Assembly (NCBI GenBank): GCA_012295275.1
Contig: CM022667.1
Coordinates: 7,626,001-7,690,000 of the forward strand
Length of the DNA: 64,000 nt
Origin: Chrysomallon squamiferum
Taxonomy: Eukaryota > Animalia > Mollusca
Reading direction: 5' to 3'
Shown: positions 11,101 through 24,967 of the stretch, one piece after another
How the letters are laid out: the number at the start of each line of letters is the position of its first letter
How positions within the stretch are numbered: position 1 is the first letter of the stretch
Program-made: the position numbers and the translations under genes
The notes under the pieces: model-generated
Database searches by the model: none
What the model saw: only the letters and a program-made list of their open reading frames with translations
Told to the model about the DNA's origin: nothing

Positions 11101-11842
11101 ATTTATTATCTTTAGATATCTGTTTTATCCTGCGAAGGTTAGAATGCAGGTTTGAACAAGAAAAAACTGATATCAGTTATTATTACTATTATTATTATTA
11201 TTATTATTTTATCTTGCCATTCTACATATTAAAAAAACTGTATTCAATTCATTATTTTAATTCTCGACAACAGCAGATTCATTCAATATCGCCAACAAAA
11301 TCTGTAATTTTAAATTGTTTTCTCTTTCCCTGACTGTCTCTTTTTATTTTTGTCCGTTTGTTAATACGTCTTTTTGTATCTCTGTACCTATTTTTTTATT
11401 TGTTCTTAAGAGTTGTCATAAGATATGACAGATCGCATGATCGATACCGCTAAGTGGCATACTATGATGAGAATGTGTGTACGAAATTCTTGTACTCATT
11501 GTTATTATCATTTATTATTACTATTATTATTATTGTCATTACTGTTGTTGTTGTTGTTATTATTATTATTATTATTATTCAATCATCTCGAGTACATTTA
11601 TTATAGTTGTTGCTGGTTTTTTCTTCTTCTTCTTCTTATGATTATGATATACTATGATGAGAATGTGTGTACGAAAGATTTCTATGTATGAAAATGTTTA
11701 GATTACTACTTCGGACATATTTTTTATAAATCTATCACGTACGCTCAGTCGTTTTTATACTGATTCCAATTTACTCTGACTGCGCACAGAGGTATAAATA
11801 TCTTTTGTAAACTTACAAATGATAGTTGTTAGTGTATGTATG

Positions 11843-11903
<61 letters not shown>

Positions 11904-12354
11904 AAAAATAAATAAAGGCAATAAAATAACACAAATTCTTGTACTCATTGCTATTATCATTTATTATTACGCTTATTATTATTGTCATTACTGTTGTTAT
12001 TATTATTATTATTCTCCTTATTATTATCATTATCATTATTGTTGTTGTTGTCATTGCTAATATATTATTGTTGTTGTTGTTTTAAGGTGTGTTTGATGTC
12101 ACGCTGACACATTCTGTGTTGTTAATCAGTGAAACGTATCAACGTTTTTTTGTGTCTTGTTTTGAGGACTATCAAACAAGGATCAAACAGGTTTTTAAAC
12201 TTAGATGTTTCAGAAAGGTAAACATTAAATAATAATTAAAGGAAACAAACAAGAAAAGACCCGGAAAGAAGACAAACATAAATAGAAACCAGCCAGCCAA
12301 CTAGGCAGCCAGCCAAACAAACATACAAAGTTATTAAAGCAACAAACATAACAA

Positions 12355-12466
<112 letters not shown>

Positions 12467-12467
12467 G

Positions 12468-12499
<32 letters not shown>

Positions 12500-12726
12500 A
12501 CACATACATTCACACATACACACAAATGCATTCACGCAAAAAGACACACACATTTACATATTCACACACACATACACATACGAATTCACACACAAACACA
12601 CATACATTCACACGCATTTACGCAAAAGCACATAAATTCAAACACGAACAAACGTCAGTACACATACAGTCACAATATTACAGATTGGTAAACGAAAACA
12701 AACAAAAACAATGCATTTATGTAACT

Positions 12727-12833
<107 letters not shown>

Positions 12834-12885
12834 TGTAGGAGGACTGATCTGTGACTAAAATGAACATTTAATTTAAATCACTTAC

Positions 12886-14056
12886 AGACATTTCACAGAT
12901 CTAATTTTAATGTCAGAATCTATAATTTTACAGCCGCCATCACAGAAATCTTGAAGATGAATCTCCTCGTATGGACACGGCTCACACGTGGTTTGTCGAC
13001 TTACAAACGGAAAATCATCTTGCTTGCTACAATTTAAATAATATGAGTCAAAATTTTAATATCACACGTTCACATGCGCATGCGTACAGTAATACTAGAA
13101 AAATTACCATTACAACCACCATCACCAGCAGCAGCAACAACAACTGTAGTAATCGTTGTAGCAATAGTAATAGTAGTAGTAGTAGAATTATTAGTGATAT
13201 AGTAACAAACAGCATGTACAGCCAACTTCACAACCAACAACAACAGCAGCATTAACAACAACAAGAACAACGACAACAACAACAAAGACAATACTACTTG
13301 TGGTAGTAGTACTAGTAGTAGCAGTAGTGGCACATTTAGCAGTGTGAGTGGTAGTAGTACTCATAGTATCAGTAGCAGCAGTAGTAAGAATAGTTAAAAT
13401 TAGCAATATGCTTTAAATGTGTCTCAAAAACAATTGTTAATTCGATCATAAACGAAATTATATGAAATAAATAAAGAAGGAATGAAAGAAGTAAAGTGAA
13501 ATAAATTAATAAATAAATAAATAAATAAACAAACAAGTCAATAAATCAATAAAAGTGAAGTAAATAAATAAATAAATACTAAAATAAAGAAATAAAGAAA
13601 TAAAGAAATAAATAAAGAAAGAAATAAATAAAGAAAGAAAGAAAGAAAGAAAGAAAGAAAAGAACTAAGTGGTGTAGGAAATGATTTGTTAATTACAAAG
13701 TATTTTTTACCGGAATCCATACACAACAGTGACTAAAACAGTGAGTTCGGAAAGAGAAAGAAAACTGAATGCAATGTTTATATATATACATAATCAGATA
13801 ATTTACTTATTTATTAACTTTCTTGCTTATTTATTTGTTTATTTACTCATTATTTATTCATTCATTCATTCATTCATCTCATCACAAGGTAGCAACACTT
13901 GGCAAATCCTCAACAAGATCACAACAACTGTAACATCATCGAGATTAACAAAATTGTTAGCAACGACAACGACCATATTTCTTATTTCTGTTAACAATTT
14001 AATAATCTTTCTTAATAAATATTTTACATATTGTTTATTGTCGTAAGATATGTTTT

Positions 14057-14122
<66 letters not shown>

Positions 14123-14188
14123 TATGTATATTTATTTTCTTAACTGACAATCTAGATATACAGACACACACAAACTTTTTCTCCTCAT
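12886..14188 (-). pseudogene. C-type pseudogene, head-to-head with A2
   Basis: Exon 1 ATG at 14188-14186 has lost its donor (atg|aggag). Exon 2 (about 13750-13711) has its acceptor changed from cag to ccg plus a deletion. Exon 3 (13026-12886) is intact (KQDDFPFVSRQTTCEPCPYEEIHLQDFCDGGCKIIDSDIKIRSVKC). Exon 4 is missing beyond the (GA)n at 12731-12830. Confidence 0.85.
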
Positions 14189-14373
14189 TTTCCCCAGCAG
14201 ATGATAACAGTTGCCAGATATCTGAAAGATGTATTATATAGCTGACTATCGTACAGAAAACCAGTGATGTTTTCTTTTATTGTTCTTGTTTTTTCTTTTT
14301 CAGTTAATTGTATTTCTTTAAATTTTCACTTCTGACATTAATAATCAAATTTTTCTTAAGCTTACAGATTTGA

Positions 14374-14600
14374 TCACGTGACATATTTCAAGAGGATGTC
14401 TACGAAGAAATGAGTCACAACATTTACATATATTTACCTGTTCACATTTGCTCAATTTTCTTTTCCTGCTTTTGAAAAAACTAATTTTGTTTTCCAGTGT
14501 GTCTGATTGGTCGACGCTAAACGGATACAGTTTGAAATTGTCATTGGACAAGAGGGCGCTGAGACTGCTATAAAAATACAAGATGCTGGTACGAGTAGTC
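14374..14600 (+). promoter_or_regulatory. Promoter of A2
   Basis: tcacgtga about 14374, attgg 14506 and about 14543, tataaaaa 14569-14576; near-identical to the A1 promoter. Confidence 0.75.
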
Positions 14601-14662
14601 AATACACCGCACACCCCGTTCAAGATTTTCCAGATATTCGCTTGTTCTGTGTATCTGCGACA

Positions 14663-14914
14663 ATGGTAAGAAATATTTTAATATTTTATAACGTGTAAGT
14701 TAAAGTGTTCTTATCTTGGTCTAATTAATTTAGTTTTTGAATCTTTATTAAGTTGTGAAAAAGTTTAATCTTAGAATAATAAATAATAATATTGTTGACA
14801 TATAGTTAGTTAATAACACTTAAATGGTAATTTGGTTTCAATTCATAATGGATAGCGAGACAGCTAGATAGATAGACAAATACATAAATAGATATATATA
14901 CGTGTTTTGTGAAA

Positions 14915-14971
<57 letters not shown>

Positions 14972-16466
14972 GATTATTATTGTTGTTCTTTCTTTTTTCT
15001 TCTTTTTCAGAAACTGTTATTTTTCATTTGTCTCTTTGCCCTGGCTGCCTGCATCGTTCTTAGCGTGTACGTAAAATTTACAGTTTAGTTCAATTAATGT
15101 GTGTGTGTGTCTGTCTGTATATATGTACGTTACTGTGTATTTGTATGAATATGACTGTGTGCATTATTGTTTCTTTAAATGTTGATATGTGTATAATGAT
15201 GGATGGTGATGATGATCATAATGAAAATAATAATAATCAGATGATGAAGATGATTATAAAAATGTATTTCAGGGAGTCAGAGGATGATTTGCTGAAAATG
15301 TTCACTCCTGAGATTTTAGAAAAGATGAACAACTCGACAGACGAAATGCTCAGAGCCAAGCAGCCGGTGTTTACCAAACCACCACAGACGACGTGTGAGC
15401 CGTGCCCGTACCGCTCTAAGATCGTCTTCAAGTTTTGTAACAACATCTGTACTATCATCAAACCCTACTTCTGGAGAGTCCGAACTGTATCTTGTCTGTG
15501 AGTAGTATCTTTGTTATATAAATAACATTCTATAAAACATAGCAATCATGTAAATAGTATTTTGCAACTCATAGTATCATGTAAATTAGATTTTATAACA
15601 GATAGTACCATATGAATGATAGATTTTATAGCAGACAATATTATACAAATAATATATTTTATAACAGATAATACTGTATGAACAGTATATTTTACAACAC
15701 ATAGTATCATATAAGTAATATTTTATAACACACAATGTCATATGTATGATTAAATATAAAACAAAACTGGATCAATGTTCTAGTATAAATAGCATGTAAT
15801 GTACTATTATTTTTTTTAAAAGATTGTGTCTAATCGGATTATGCAAATATTCTATCGCAAAATGTTTTTCATTATCTTATGCAAGTAAAAATTAACTATA
15901 AAGAATTAAACAGGTTGATCTGTATTTAAAAATGTAGCTGATAACAGAACATTCAGATACTCTGGTTTTATTTTATTATAGTAACTGATACATAGTGATG
16001 ATATTAAGAGAGAGTGATACATAGTGATGATATTTAGAGATAGTAATGATACATAGTGATGATATTAATACATAGTAACTGATACATAGTGATGATATTA
16101 AGAGATAATAACTTGTACAGTGATGATATTAAGATATAGTAACTGGTACATAGTGATGATATTAAGAAATAATAACTTGTACAGTGATGATATTAAGATA
16201 TAGTAACTGATACATGGTGATGATATTAAGAGATAATAACTTGTACAGTGATGATTTTAAGATGTAGTAACTGGTATCAATTTTAAATTTACAGATACAA
16301 GAGCTGTTATCCATTCTGTCCCTGTCCAAAGTTTAAGGCTCGCTGCCGTCCTACTGGTTACGCTAGATTCTGGTTTGTTGCTTACTGCAAAAAGCCCTGT
16401 AGAAATTGGCGTAAAGGTCGCAGTTTCAACTACTACTACTTCCCACAGGATTGCAGGTGTCGATAA
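14663..16466 (+). CDS. Gene A2: secreted Cys-rich protein, putative cystine knot, 151 aa
   Basis: Exons 14663-14665, 15011-15066, 15273-15497, 16295-16466. Product: MKLLFFICLFALAACIVLSVESEDDLLKMFTPEILEKMNNSTDEMLRAKQPVFTKPPQTTCEPCPYRSKIVFKFCNNICTIIKPYFWRVRTVSCLYKSCYPFCPCPKFKARCRPTGYARFWFVAYCKKPCRNWRKGRSFNYYYFPQDCRCR. aataaa at 16528. Confidence 0.92.
15978..16280. repeat. 33-bp intronic minisatellite (A2 intron 3)
   Basis: Same unit as 6815-7300, about 9 copies. Confidence 0.9.
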
Positions 16467-18576
16467 GAAGAATTCCTTGAAAAGAAAATGAATGATTATA
16501 TTAAATAATAACAAAATGCAATGTAAAAATAAAATATCATTCATTTTTATTACTGTTATGTCTTTTTTATTAGTTACTGTTGATGTGTTATAGCTCTAGT
16601 GTAGTAAATATGGAAATATTTAATTAAATTTTTTATTTTCATTGAGAATCTTCACCTGTCTGTAGTATTGTGAGTCAGTATGTACGGACGTGTGTTTGTG
16701 TGTGTCTGTTTTTGTTTTTAAGTGTGAATATTTGAATATGTGAGTGAATGCGTATGTGTGTGTGAATGTGTGAGTGTTTGTGTGAGTGAATATGTGAATA
16801 TGTGAATGTGTGTGTGTACTCACATTCACGCAAGTTCAGTGTTTCAACAATGGTGACGTATTTGAATTATTTTCAAATCACAGATAAAATAAAACTTCAG
16901 AAATGCGATGTATACAACTACAACAGCGACATTATTACTACAACACGTTCATCTTAGTTTTTTTGAATTGAGTGTCTCTATGAAAGAAATATCACGTTTT
17001 GTTAAAAACAACCCGTGTTTTATATAATTATATTTAATTTAAATATGCTCAGAGTAAGACATTAAATGAACGCTAGACTTTCAGTAGAGTTTGAATGAGA
17101 GGAAAAGTAAAGTGATCATAATGAAAATAAAAGTTTTGGATGTTGTTATATTGCAGTCTGGTGAATATGTTGGGAATTTTTTAACGTCAGACGAATCAAA
17201 AAAATCTCAATAACTTGGCTGGTTATTGTTTGTGGTTTTAAGTGTGACGTTGTTCTTGCAGACGTTGTTCATTTTACATTTTAACTTTGTGCTATGAGTT
17301 AACAGTATTATATTTTTATTAGAAATAAACATCAAATACGACTAACGATATGAAGGATATGTCGACATCTTAATGTGTAATTAAATAATTATATAAAAAA
17401 GCAAAAACAAAGAAACCCCCCAAAAATAAACAACTACAAATGTGTGTGTGTGTGTGTTTTAAAGAAGATAGAATTATATTATTTTGACTTGATTTCAGTT
17501 TTAAAACTTGTGTTCTTATATCTAAAACATTTGTATAAATAACGAAACCAGTCGTCAAAAATGAGTACACTTTTAAAACGTTGTGTGTTAATAAAACTAC
17601 TACTACTACTACTACAACTAATAATAATAATAATAATAACAACAATAATAATAATTATTATTTGTATTAGTATTATTAAACGTTTCTAAAAATCTTCTTT
17701 ACAAATATATTATTATTATTATTATTATTATTTATTTATTTATTGGTTGATTGAGTTATTGATTTGTTTTTCTGTTTTTATTTGTTTTGCTGTCATCATT
17801 TTCTTTACTTCTGATAAAAAATAATAATATATATATATATTTTTTTCTGAATTAATTTATTTCGGTTTGAAGCCTTTTTTTTGCATTTTCTATTAAATTT
17901 AAAGACAAATATTATTTTTTTTATTTATTAACTGTAGATATTCTGATTTATTCCGAGAGGCATCTCGATTCAAGGATTATTTTTCTTTTTTCTTTTTATA
18001 AACATCGACAAAACTAGATGAAAAATAGATGATGACTTCAAGCATGATGCCCGCTAGTATCTTCATTTACATTCTTTTATATCAGTGATTTTCTGATTTG
18101 GTGGTGTCATAGATAGACAGAGATAAACTTAAAAAATTAGGAATAAACAAAATGTAAAGATGTAAAAATACGAAATAAATAAATAAATTTAAAAAACAAT
18201 TGTGAAAAGAAGAGGATAGATCGTAGAAACCATATTGCCTCTTGCTACACCACTAAAGTAATTTGCACTTTCATTTACGATTTAATTTCCAAACAAACAC
18301 TTTAAATATCTATTTTAAGTTTAGATGTTGACTAACAGTTTGTGCTTTTAGTTGTATTTCTCTGTGACTGGTTTGGGAAGTTTTAAACATGGCAGACTAG
18401 TTCTGATTCGAAGATAATGTGTGTTACGTCACAGTTAGAAATAAAACATGACTCGCTTGCTCTTTGTTTCGTCACAGTAAACGGGAAAATAAAAGAGAAT
18501 GTAAAGAAATAAACTGGTTTTGTAAAGTGTACAGGGTTAGGGTTTCTCCATCTGTTCAGGGACAGAGGCCCACATC

Positions 18577-18657
18577 TTAGAAATTATTTTAACAAAGCAA
18601 AAACTCGACAGGGCTTCTGCTCGTAACTCGGATAATTCGTAAGTCAATGTACCAGTG
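18577..18657 (-). mobile_element. Internally deleted paralogous copy of the Tigger-like relic
   Basis: cttagaaattattttaac is joined to aaagcaaaaactcgacaggg...cgtaagtcaatgtaccagtg. These are both ends of 9618-10027, at the same flanking position. Confidence 0.65.
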
Positions 18658-18927
18658 CAAATGTTAACTCAGCCTGTATATACATTTTGCATTGGCGACA
18701 GGAAAGTTATCTAGTTTACACTGTAATGACTGGGAGGCGGTGTTTATTATCAACAAAGATTGACGTATAAATACAGGAAAATCAGGCTTATATAAAATAA
18801 TTAAAACTATATAATAATAATTTATTTTCAATCACGTAATTAGAAATAGTAAATTTAATTAATTATAAAATACATTTTTTTTTCTATTTTTTTTTACTGA
18901 TTTAAATTTGATTTGTTGATGTCATAG

Positions 18928-19281
18928 TTACTTTGGACATCTGCACGTGCAGTCTTGTGGTAGGCTCAAGTAGTTGTAACTCTCGCCTTCTTTCCAGTGA
19001 TCACATGGTTTTTCACAGAAAGCTTTCACCCAGAACGTCACGTAACCAGTGGGTTGGCAGACCGCTTTTTCTATTTCACTGATTCCATTGCAACATGGAC
19101 AGAACTGTGAGCAGTCTTCATATCTGAAAATAATTTTTAGTAAACACATTCACTAGTTTTATCTACATCGATACAACGATAAAAAAACTTGACAGATAAT
19201 GAGAGTAACATCAAAAGATCACGAAACAAGAAAACAAATACATCGATTGTTTTTATAGATTAATCGTTCATTTTTCCTGAA

Positions 19282-19361
<80 letters not shown>

Positions 19362-19516
19362 TGTAGGAGGACTGATCTGTGACTAAAATGAACATTTAAT
19401 TTAAATCACTTACAGACATTTCACAGATCTAATTTTAATGTCAGAATCCATAATTTTACAGCCGCCATCACAGAAATCTTCAACATGAATCTCCTCGTAT
19501 GCACACGGCTCACGTG
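18928..19516 (-). pseudogene. 5'-truncated C-type gene (intact exon 4, partial exon 3)
   Basis: Exon 4 (19123-18928) is open: YEDCSQFCPCCNGISEIEKAVCQPTGYVTFWVKAFCEKPCDHWKEGESYNYLSLPQDCTCRCPK. Exon 3 ends at 19414, but its 5' part and acceptor are deleted at about 19516. No exon 1 or 2 was found. Confidence 0.8.
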
Positions 19517-19664
19517 AAATAATTTGTATGAAAGTAACAAGTAACTTTTTGAAAGTAAATAATTATAACTCAGTCCCAGAAAGCAAGAATACCGAACTTC
19601 ATCTAGTTTTATCATGTAATGGAGTTAAATTAATATTAATCGCTTTTTATTAAAACACACCGAA

Positions 19665-19789
<125 letters not shown>

Positions 19790-20267
19790 GTACTTCTCTT
19801 TCTGTCTTTCTTTTTTTCTCTGTCACTGCTTCTCTCTTTGTCTTTCCCTGTCTGTCTCTCTGTATTTGGTTTGTTCTTAAGACTTGTCATAAGATGTGAC
19901 AGATCACATGATCGATACCGCTCAGTGGCATACTATGATGAGAATGTGTGTACGAAAGATTTCTATGTATGAAAATGTTTAGATTACTACTTCGGACATA
20001 TTTTCTGTAAATCTATGACGTACACTCAGTCGTTTTTATACTGATTTCAATTTACTCTGACTGCGCACAGAGGTATAAATATCTTTTGTAAACTTACAAA
20101 TGATAGTTGTTAGTTTGTGTGTGTGTCTGTGTGTGTGTGTGTGTGAATAAAAAATAAAAATAAATAAAGGCAATAAAGTAACACAAATTCTTGTGTTCAT
20201 TGTTATTATCATTTATTATTACTATTATTATTATTGTTATTACTGTTGTTGTTGTTGTTGTTCTTGC

Positions 20268-20312
<45 letters not shown>

Positions 20313-20688
20313 ATCATCTTGAGCACATTTATTATAGTTGTTGCTGGTTTTTTATTCTTCTTCTTATTATCATTATCATTACTGTTGTTGTTGTCATTGC
20401 TAATATTATTATTGTTGTTGTTGTTGTTTTAAGGTGTGTTTGATGTCACGCTGACACATTCTGTGTTGTTGATCAGCTAAACGGATCAACGTTTTTTTCT
20501 GTCTTGTTTTGAGGACTATCAAACAAGGATCAAACAGCTTTTTAAACTTAGATGTTTCAGAAAGGTAAACATTAAATAATAATTAAAGGAAACAAACAAG
20601 AAAAGACCCGGAAAGAAGACAAACATAAATAGAAACCAGCCAGCCAAACAAACATACAAAGTTATTAAAGCAACAAACATAACAACAA

Positions 20689-20782
<94 letters not shown>

Positions 20783-21199
20783 TAATAATAATAATAGTAA
20801 GAAGAATAGTAATAATAATAATATAATAATAATGACAACAATAATAATAATAGTAATAATAATAATAAATAAATACACACATACACAAACATATTCACGC
20901 ACAATTGCACACACATTCACACACATATTCAGACACCAACATGCGTATTCACTCACACACACAATCAAACATATATTAACACACACATACACATACGAAT
21001 TCACACACAAACACACACACATTTACATATTCTTACACATACTCGCGCATTTACACTCAAACATACACACACAAATACACACATGTGCTCACCTACATAT
21101 GCATTCACACACAAACACACATACGTTCACATATTCACACACGCACTCACACCCACGCGCATTTACGCAAAAGCACACACATTCAAACACGAACACACG

Positions 21200-21595
21200 T
21201 CAGTATACACACAGTCACAATATTACAGATTGGTAAACCATATGAAGATTCTCACAGAATATTAAAAGATACATTTACTACTCTAGAGATATCACACACT
21301 AATAACAGTAACAAAACAAGCAAACAAACAAAAACAAAAAACAAAAGAAACGACAAAAAACAATAACAGAAACAAAATAATGACACCTCTTATATCTGTT
21401 AAATTAATAATTTATATCAGTTACTACAGCTCAATATCATCAATTTGTATGAGTTACTATCTCTTAACATCATCACTTTATATCAGTCCCTACATCTTAA
21501 CATCATCACTTGTATCAGTTACTATCTCTTAATGATATTAAAATATAGTAACTAATACAAAGTGATGATATTAAGACATAGTAGCTGATATATTA
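21200..21595 (-). other. Relic of a minus-strand A/B-type intron 3 and 3' flank without exon 4
   Basis: The 33-bp minisatellite appears in B orientation (21410-21590), next to sequence similar to the B1 3' flank (39240-39360). There is no exon between them. Confidence 0.6.
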
Positions 21596-21668
21596 TATTA
21601 TTTTAATTAAGTTTAGAAATCTCTCTGTCGCTCTCATGCATTATATCACTTTGCAGAGAGAGAGAGAG

Positions 21669-21779
<111 letters not shown>

Positions 21780-21831
21780 TGTAGGAGGACTGATCTGTGA
21801 CTAAAATGAACATTTAATTTAGATCACTTAC

Positions 21832-22427
21832 AGACATTTCACAGATCTAATTTTAATGTCAGAATCTATAATTTTACAGCCGCCATCACAGAAATCTTCA
21901 ACATGAATCTCCTCGTATGGACACGGCTCACACGTGGTTTGTCGACTTACAAACGGAAAACAACAACAACAACGACAATAGTACTTGTGATAGTAGTACT
22001 AGTAGTAGCAGTAGTGGCACCTTTAGCAGTATGAGTGGTAGTAGTACTCATAGTATCAGTAGCAGCAGTAGTAAGAATAGTTAAAATTAGCAATACGCTT
22101 TAAATGTGTCTCAAAAACAATTGTTAATTGGACCATAAACGAAATTATAGGAAATAAATAAAGAAGGAATGAAATAAGTAAAGTGAAATAAATAAATAAA
22201 TAAATAAATAAACAAACAAGTCAATAAATAAATAAAAGTGAAGTAAATATATAAATACATAAAGAAAGAAAGAAAGAAAGAAAGAGAGAAAAGAACTAAA
22301 TGGTGTAGGAAATGATTTGTTAATTACAAAGTATATTTTTTACTGGAATCCATACACAACAGTGACCAAAACAGTGAGTTCGGAAACAGAAAGAAAACTG
22401 AATGCAATGTTTATATATCTCTATCTA

Positions 22428-22466
<39 letters not shown>

Positions 22467-22529
22467 TTATTTATTTATTTTCTTAACTTACAATCTACAC
22501 ACACACACACACAAACTTTTTCTTATCAT
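21832..22529 (-). pseudogene. C-type pseudogene, head-to-head with A3
   Basis: Exon 1 ATG at 22529-22527 has the mutated donor ataag. Exon 2 (about 22385-22342) is degenerate. Exon 3 (about 21960-21832) has its acceptor deleted. Exon 4 is absent beyond the (GA)n at 21655-21775. Confidence 0.8.
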
Positions 22530-22712
22530 TTTCCCCAGCAGATGCTAACAGTTGCCAGATATCTGAAAGATGTGTTATATAGCTGACTATCGTACAGAAA
22601 ACCAGTGATTTTTTTTTTGTTGTTCTTGTTTTTTCTTTTTCAGTTGATTGTATTTCTTTAAATTTTCACTTCTGTCATTAAGAATCAAATTTTTCTTAAG
22701 CTTACACATTTG

Positions 22713-22925
22713 ATCACGTGGCATATTTCAAGAGGATGTCTATGAAGAAATCAGTCACATCATTTACATATGTTTACCTGTTTTCTTTTCCTGTTTTTTA
22801 AAAAACAAATTTTGTTTTCCAGTGTGTCTGATTGGTCGACGCTAACCGGATACAGTTTGAAATTGTCATTGGACAAGAGGGCGCTGAGACTGCTATAAAA
22901 ATACAAGATGCTGGTACGAGTAGTC
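22713..22925 (+). promoter_or_regulatory. Promoter of A3
   Basis: cacgtg about 22715, attgg 22831 and about 22868, tataaaaa 22894-22901. Confidence 0.75.
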
Positions 22926-22987
22926 AATACACCGCACACCCCGTTCAAGATTTTCCAGATATTCGCTTGTTCTGTGTATCTGCGACA

Positions 22988-24967
22988 ATGGTAAGAAATA
23001 TTTTAATATTTTATAACGTGTAAGTTAAAGTGTTCTTATCTTGGTGTAATTAATTTAGTTTTTGAATCTTTATTAAGTTTTGAAAATGTTTAATGTTAGA
23101 AATAATATTGTTGACATATAGTTAGTTAATAACACTTAAATGATAATTTGCTTTCAATTCATAATGGATTACTAGATAGCTAGATAGATAGACAAATACA
23201 TAAATAGATATATTATTATTATTATTATTATTATTAATATTATTATTCGTACTTTTTTCTTCTTTTTCAGAAACTGTTATTTTTCATTTGTCTCTTTGCC
23301 CTGGCTGCCTGCATCGTTCTTAGCATGTACGTAAAATTTACAGTTTAGTTCAATTAATGTGTGTGTGTGTGTATGTTATTGTGTATTTGTATGAATATGA
23401 CTGTGTGCATTATTGTTTCTTTAAATGTTGATATGTGTATAATGATGGATGGTGATGATGATCATAATGAAAATAATAATAATCAGATGATGAAGATGAT
23501 TATAAAAATGTATTTCAGGGAGTCAGAGGATGATTTGCTGAAAATGTTCACTCCTGAGATTTTAGAAAAGATGAACAACTCGACAGACGAAATGATGAGA
23601 GCCAAGACGCAGTCGTTTTTCAAACCACAGACGACGTGTGAGCCGTGCCCGTACCGCACTAAGATCGTCCTGACGTTTTGTAACAACATCTGTACTATCA
23701 TCAAACCCTACTTCTGGAGAGTCCGAACTGTATCTTGTCTGTGAGTAGTATCTTTGTTATATAAATAACATTCTATAAAACATAGCAATCATGTAAATAG
23801 CATTTTGCAACTCATAGTATCATGTAAATTAGATTTTATAACAGATAGTACCATATGAAAGATAAATTTTATAGCAGACAATATTATACAAATAATATAT
23901 TTTATAACAGATAATACTGTATGAACAGTATATTTTACAACACATAGTATCATATAAGTAATATTTTATAACACACAATGTCATATGTATGATTAAATAT
24001 AAAACAAAACTGGATCAATGTTCTAGTATAAATAGCATGTAATGTACTATTATTTTTTTTAAAAGATTGTGTCTAATCGGATTATGCAAATATTCTATCG
24101 CAAAATGTTTTTCATTATCTTATGCAAGTAAAAATTAACTATAAAGAATTAAACAGGTTGATCTGTATTTAAAAATGTAGCTGATAACAGAACATTCAGA
24201 TACTCTGGTTTTATTTTATTATAGTAACTGATACATAGTGATGATATTAAGAGAGAGTGATACATAGTGATGATATTAATACATAGTAACTGATACATAG
24301 TGATGATATTAAGAGATAGTAACTGATACTTAGTGATAATATTAAGAATAGTAACTGATACATAGTGATGATATTAAGATATAGTAACTGGTACATAGTG
24401 ATGATATTAAGAGATAATAACTTGTACAGTGATGATTTTAAGATGTAGTAACTGATACATGGTGATGATATTAAGAGATAATAACTTGTACAGTGATGAT
24501 ATTAAGATATAGTAACTGGTACATAGTGATGATATTAAGAGATAATAACTTGTACAGTGATGATTTTAAGATGTAGTAACTGATACATGGTGATGATATT
24601 AAGAGATAATAACTTGTACAGTGATGATTTTAAGATGTAGTAACTGGTACATAGTGATGATATTAAGAGATAATAACTTGTACAGTGATGATATTAAGAT
24701 ATAGTAACTGATACATGGTGATGATATTAAGAGATAATAACTTGTACAGTGATGATTTTAAGATGTAGTAACTGGTATCAATTTTAAATTTACAGATACA
24801 AGAGCTGTTATCCATTCTGTCCCTGTCCAAAGTTTAAGGCTCGCTGCCGTCCTACTGGTTACGCTAAATTCCGGTTTGTTGCTTACTGCAAAAAGGCCTG
24901 TGGAAAGTGGCGTAAAGGTCGCAGTTTCAACTACTACTACTTCCCACAGGATTGCAGGTGTCGATAA
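22988..24967 (+). CDS. Gene A3: secreted Cys-rich protein, putative cystine knot, 150 aa
   Basis: Exons 22988-22990, 23271-23326, 23519-23740, 24796-24967. Product: MKLLFFICLFALAACIVLSMESEDDLLKMFTPEILEKMNNSTDEMMRAKTQSFFKPQTTCEPCPYRTKIVLTFCNNICTIIKPYFWRVRTVSCLYKSCYPFCPCPKFKARCRPTGYAKFRFVAYCKKACGKWRKGRSFNYYYFPQDCRCR. aataaa at 25029. Confidence 0.92.
24220..24780. repeat. 33-bp intronic minisatellite (A3 intron 3)
   Basis: Same unit, about 17 copies, with alternating 33/32-bp variants. Confidence 0.9.

Noticed and set aside
12971-13255. Repeated ORFs MDTAHTWFVDLQ... (also 46381, 57787) and MKTAIKYLFSKCEK... (47829, 58806)
   Set aside because: These are antisense shadows of C exon 3 and of the C promoter/5'UTR, with inconsistent lengths.
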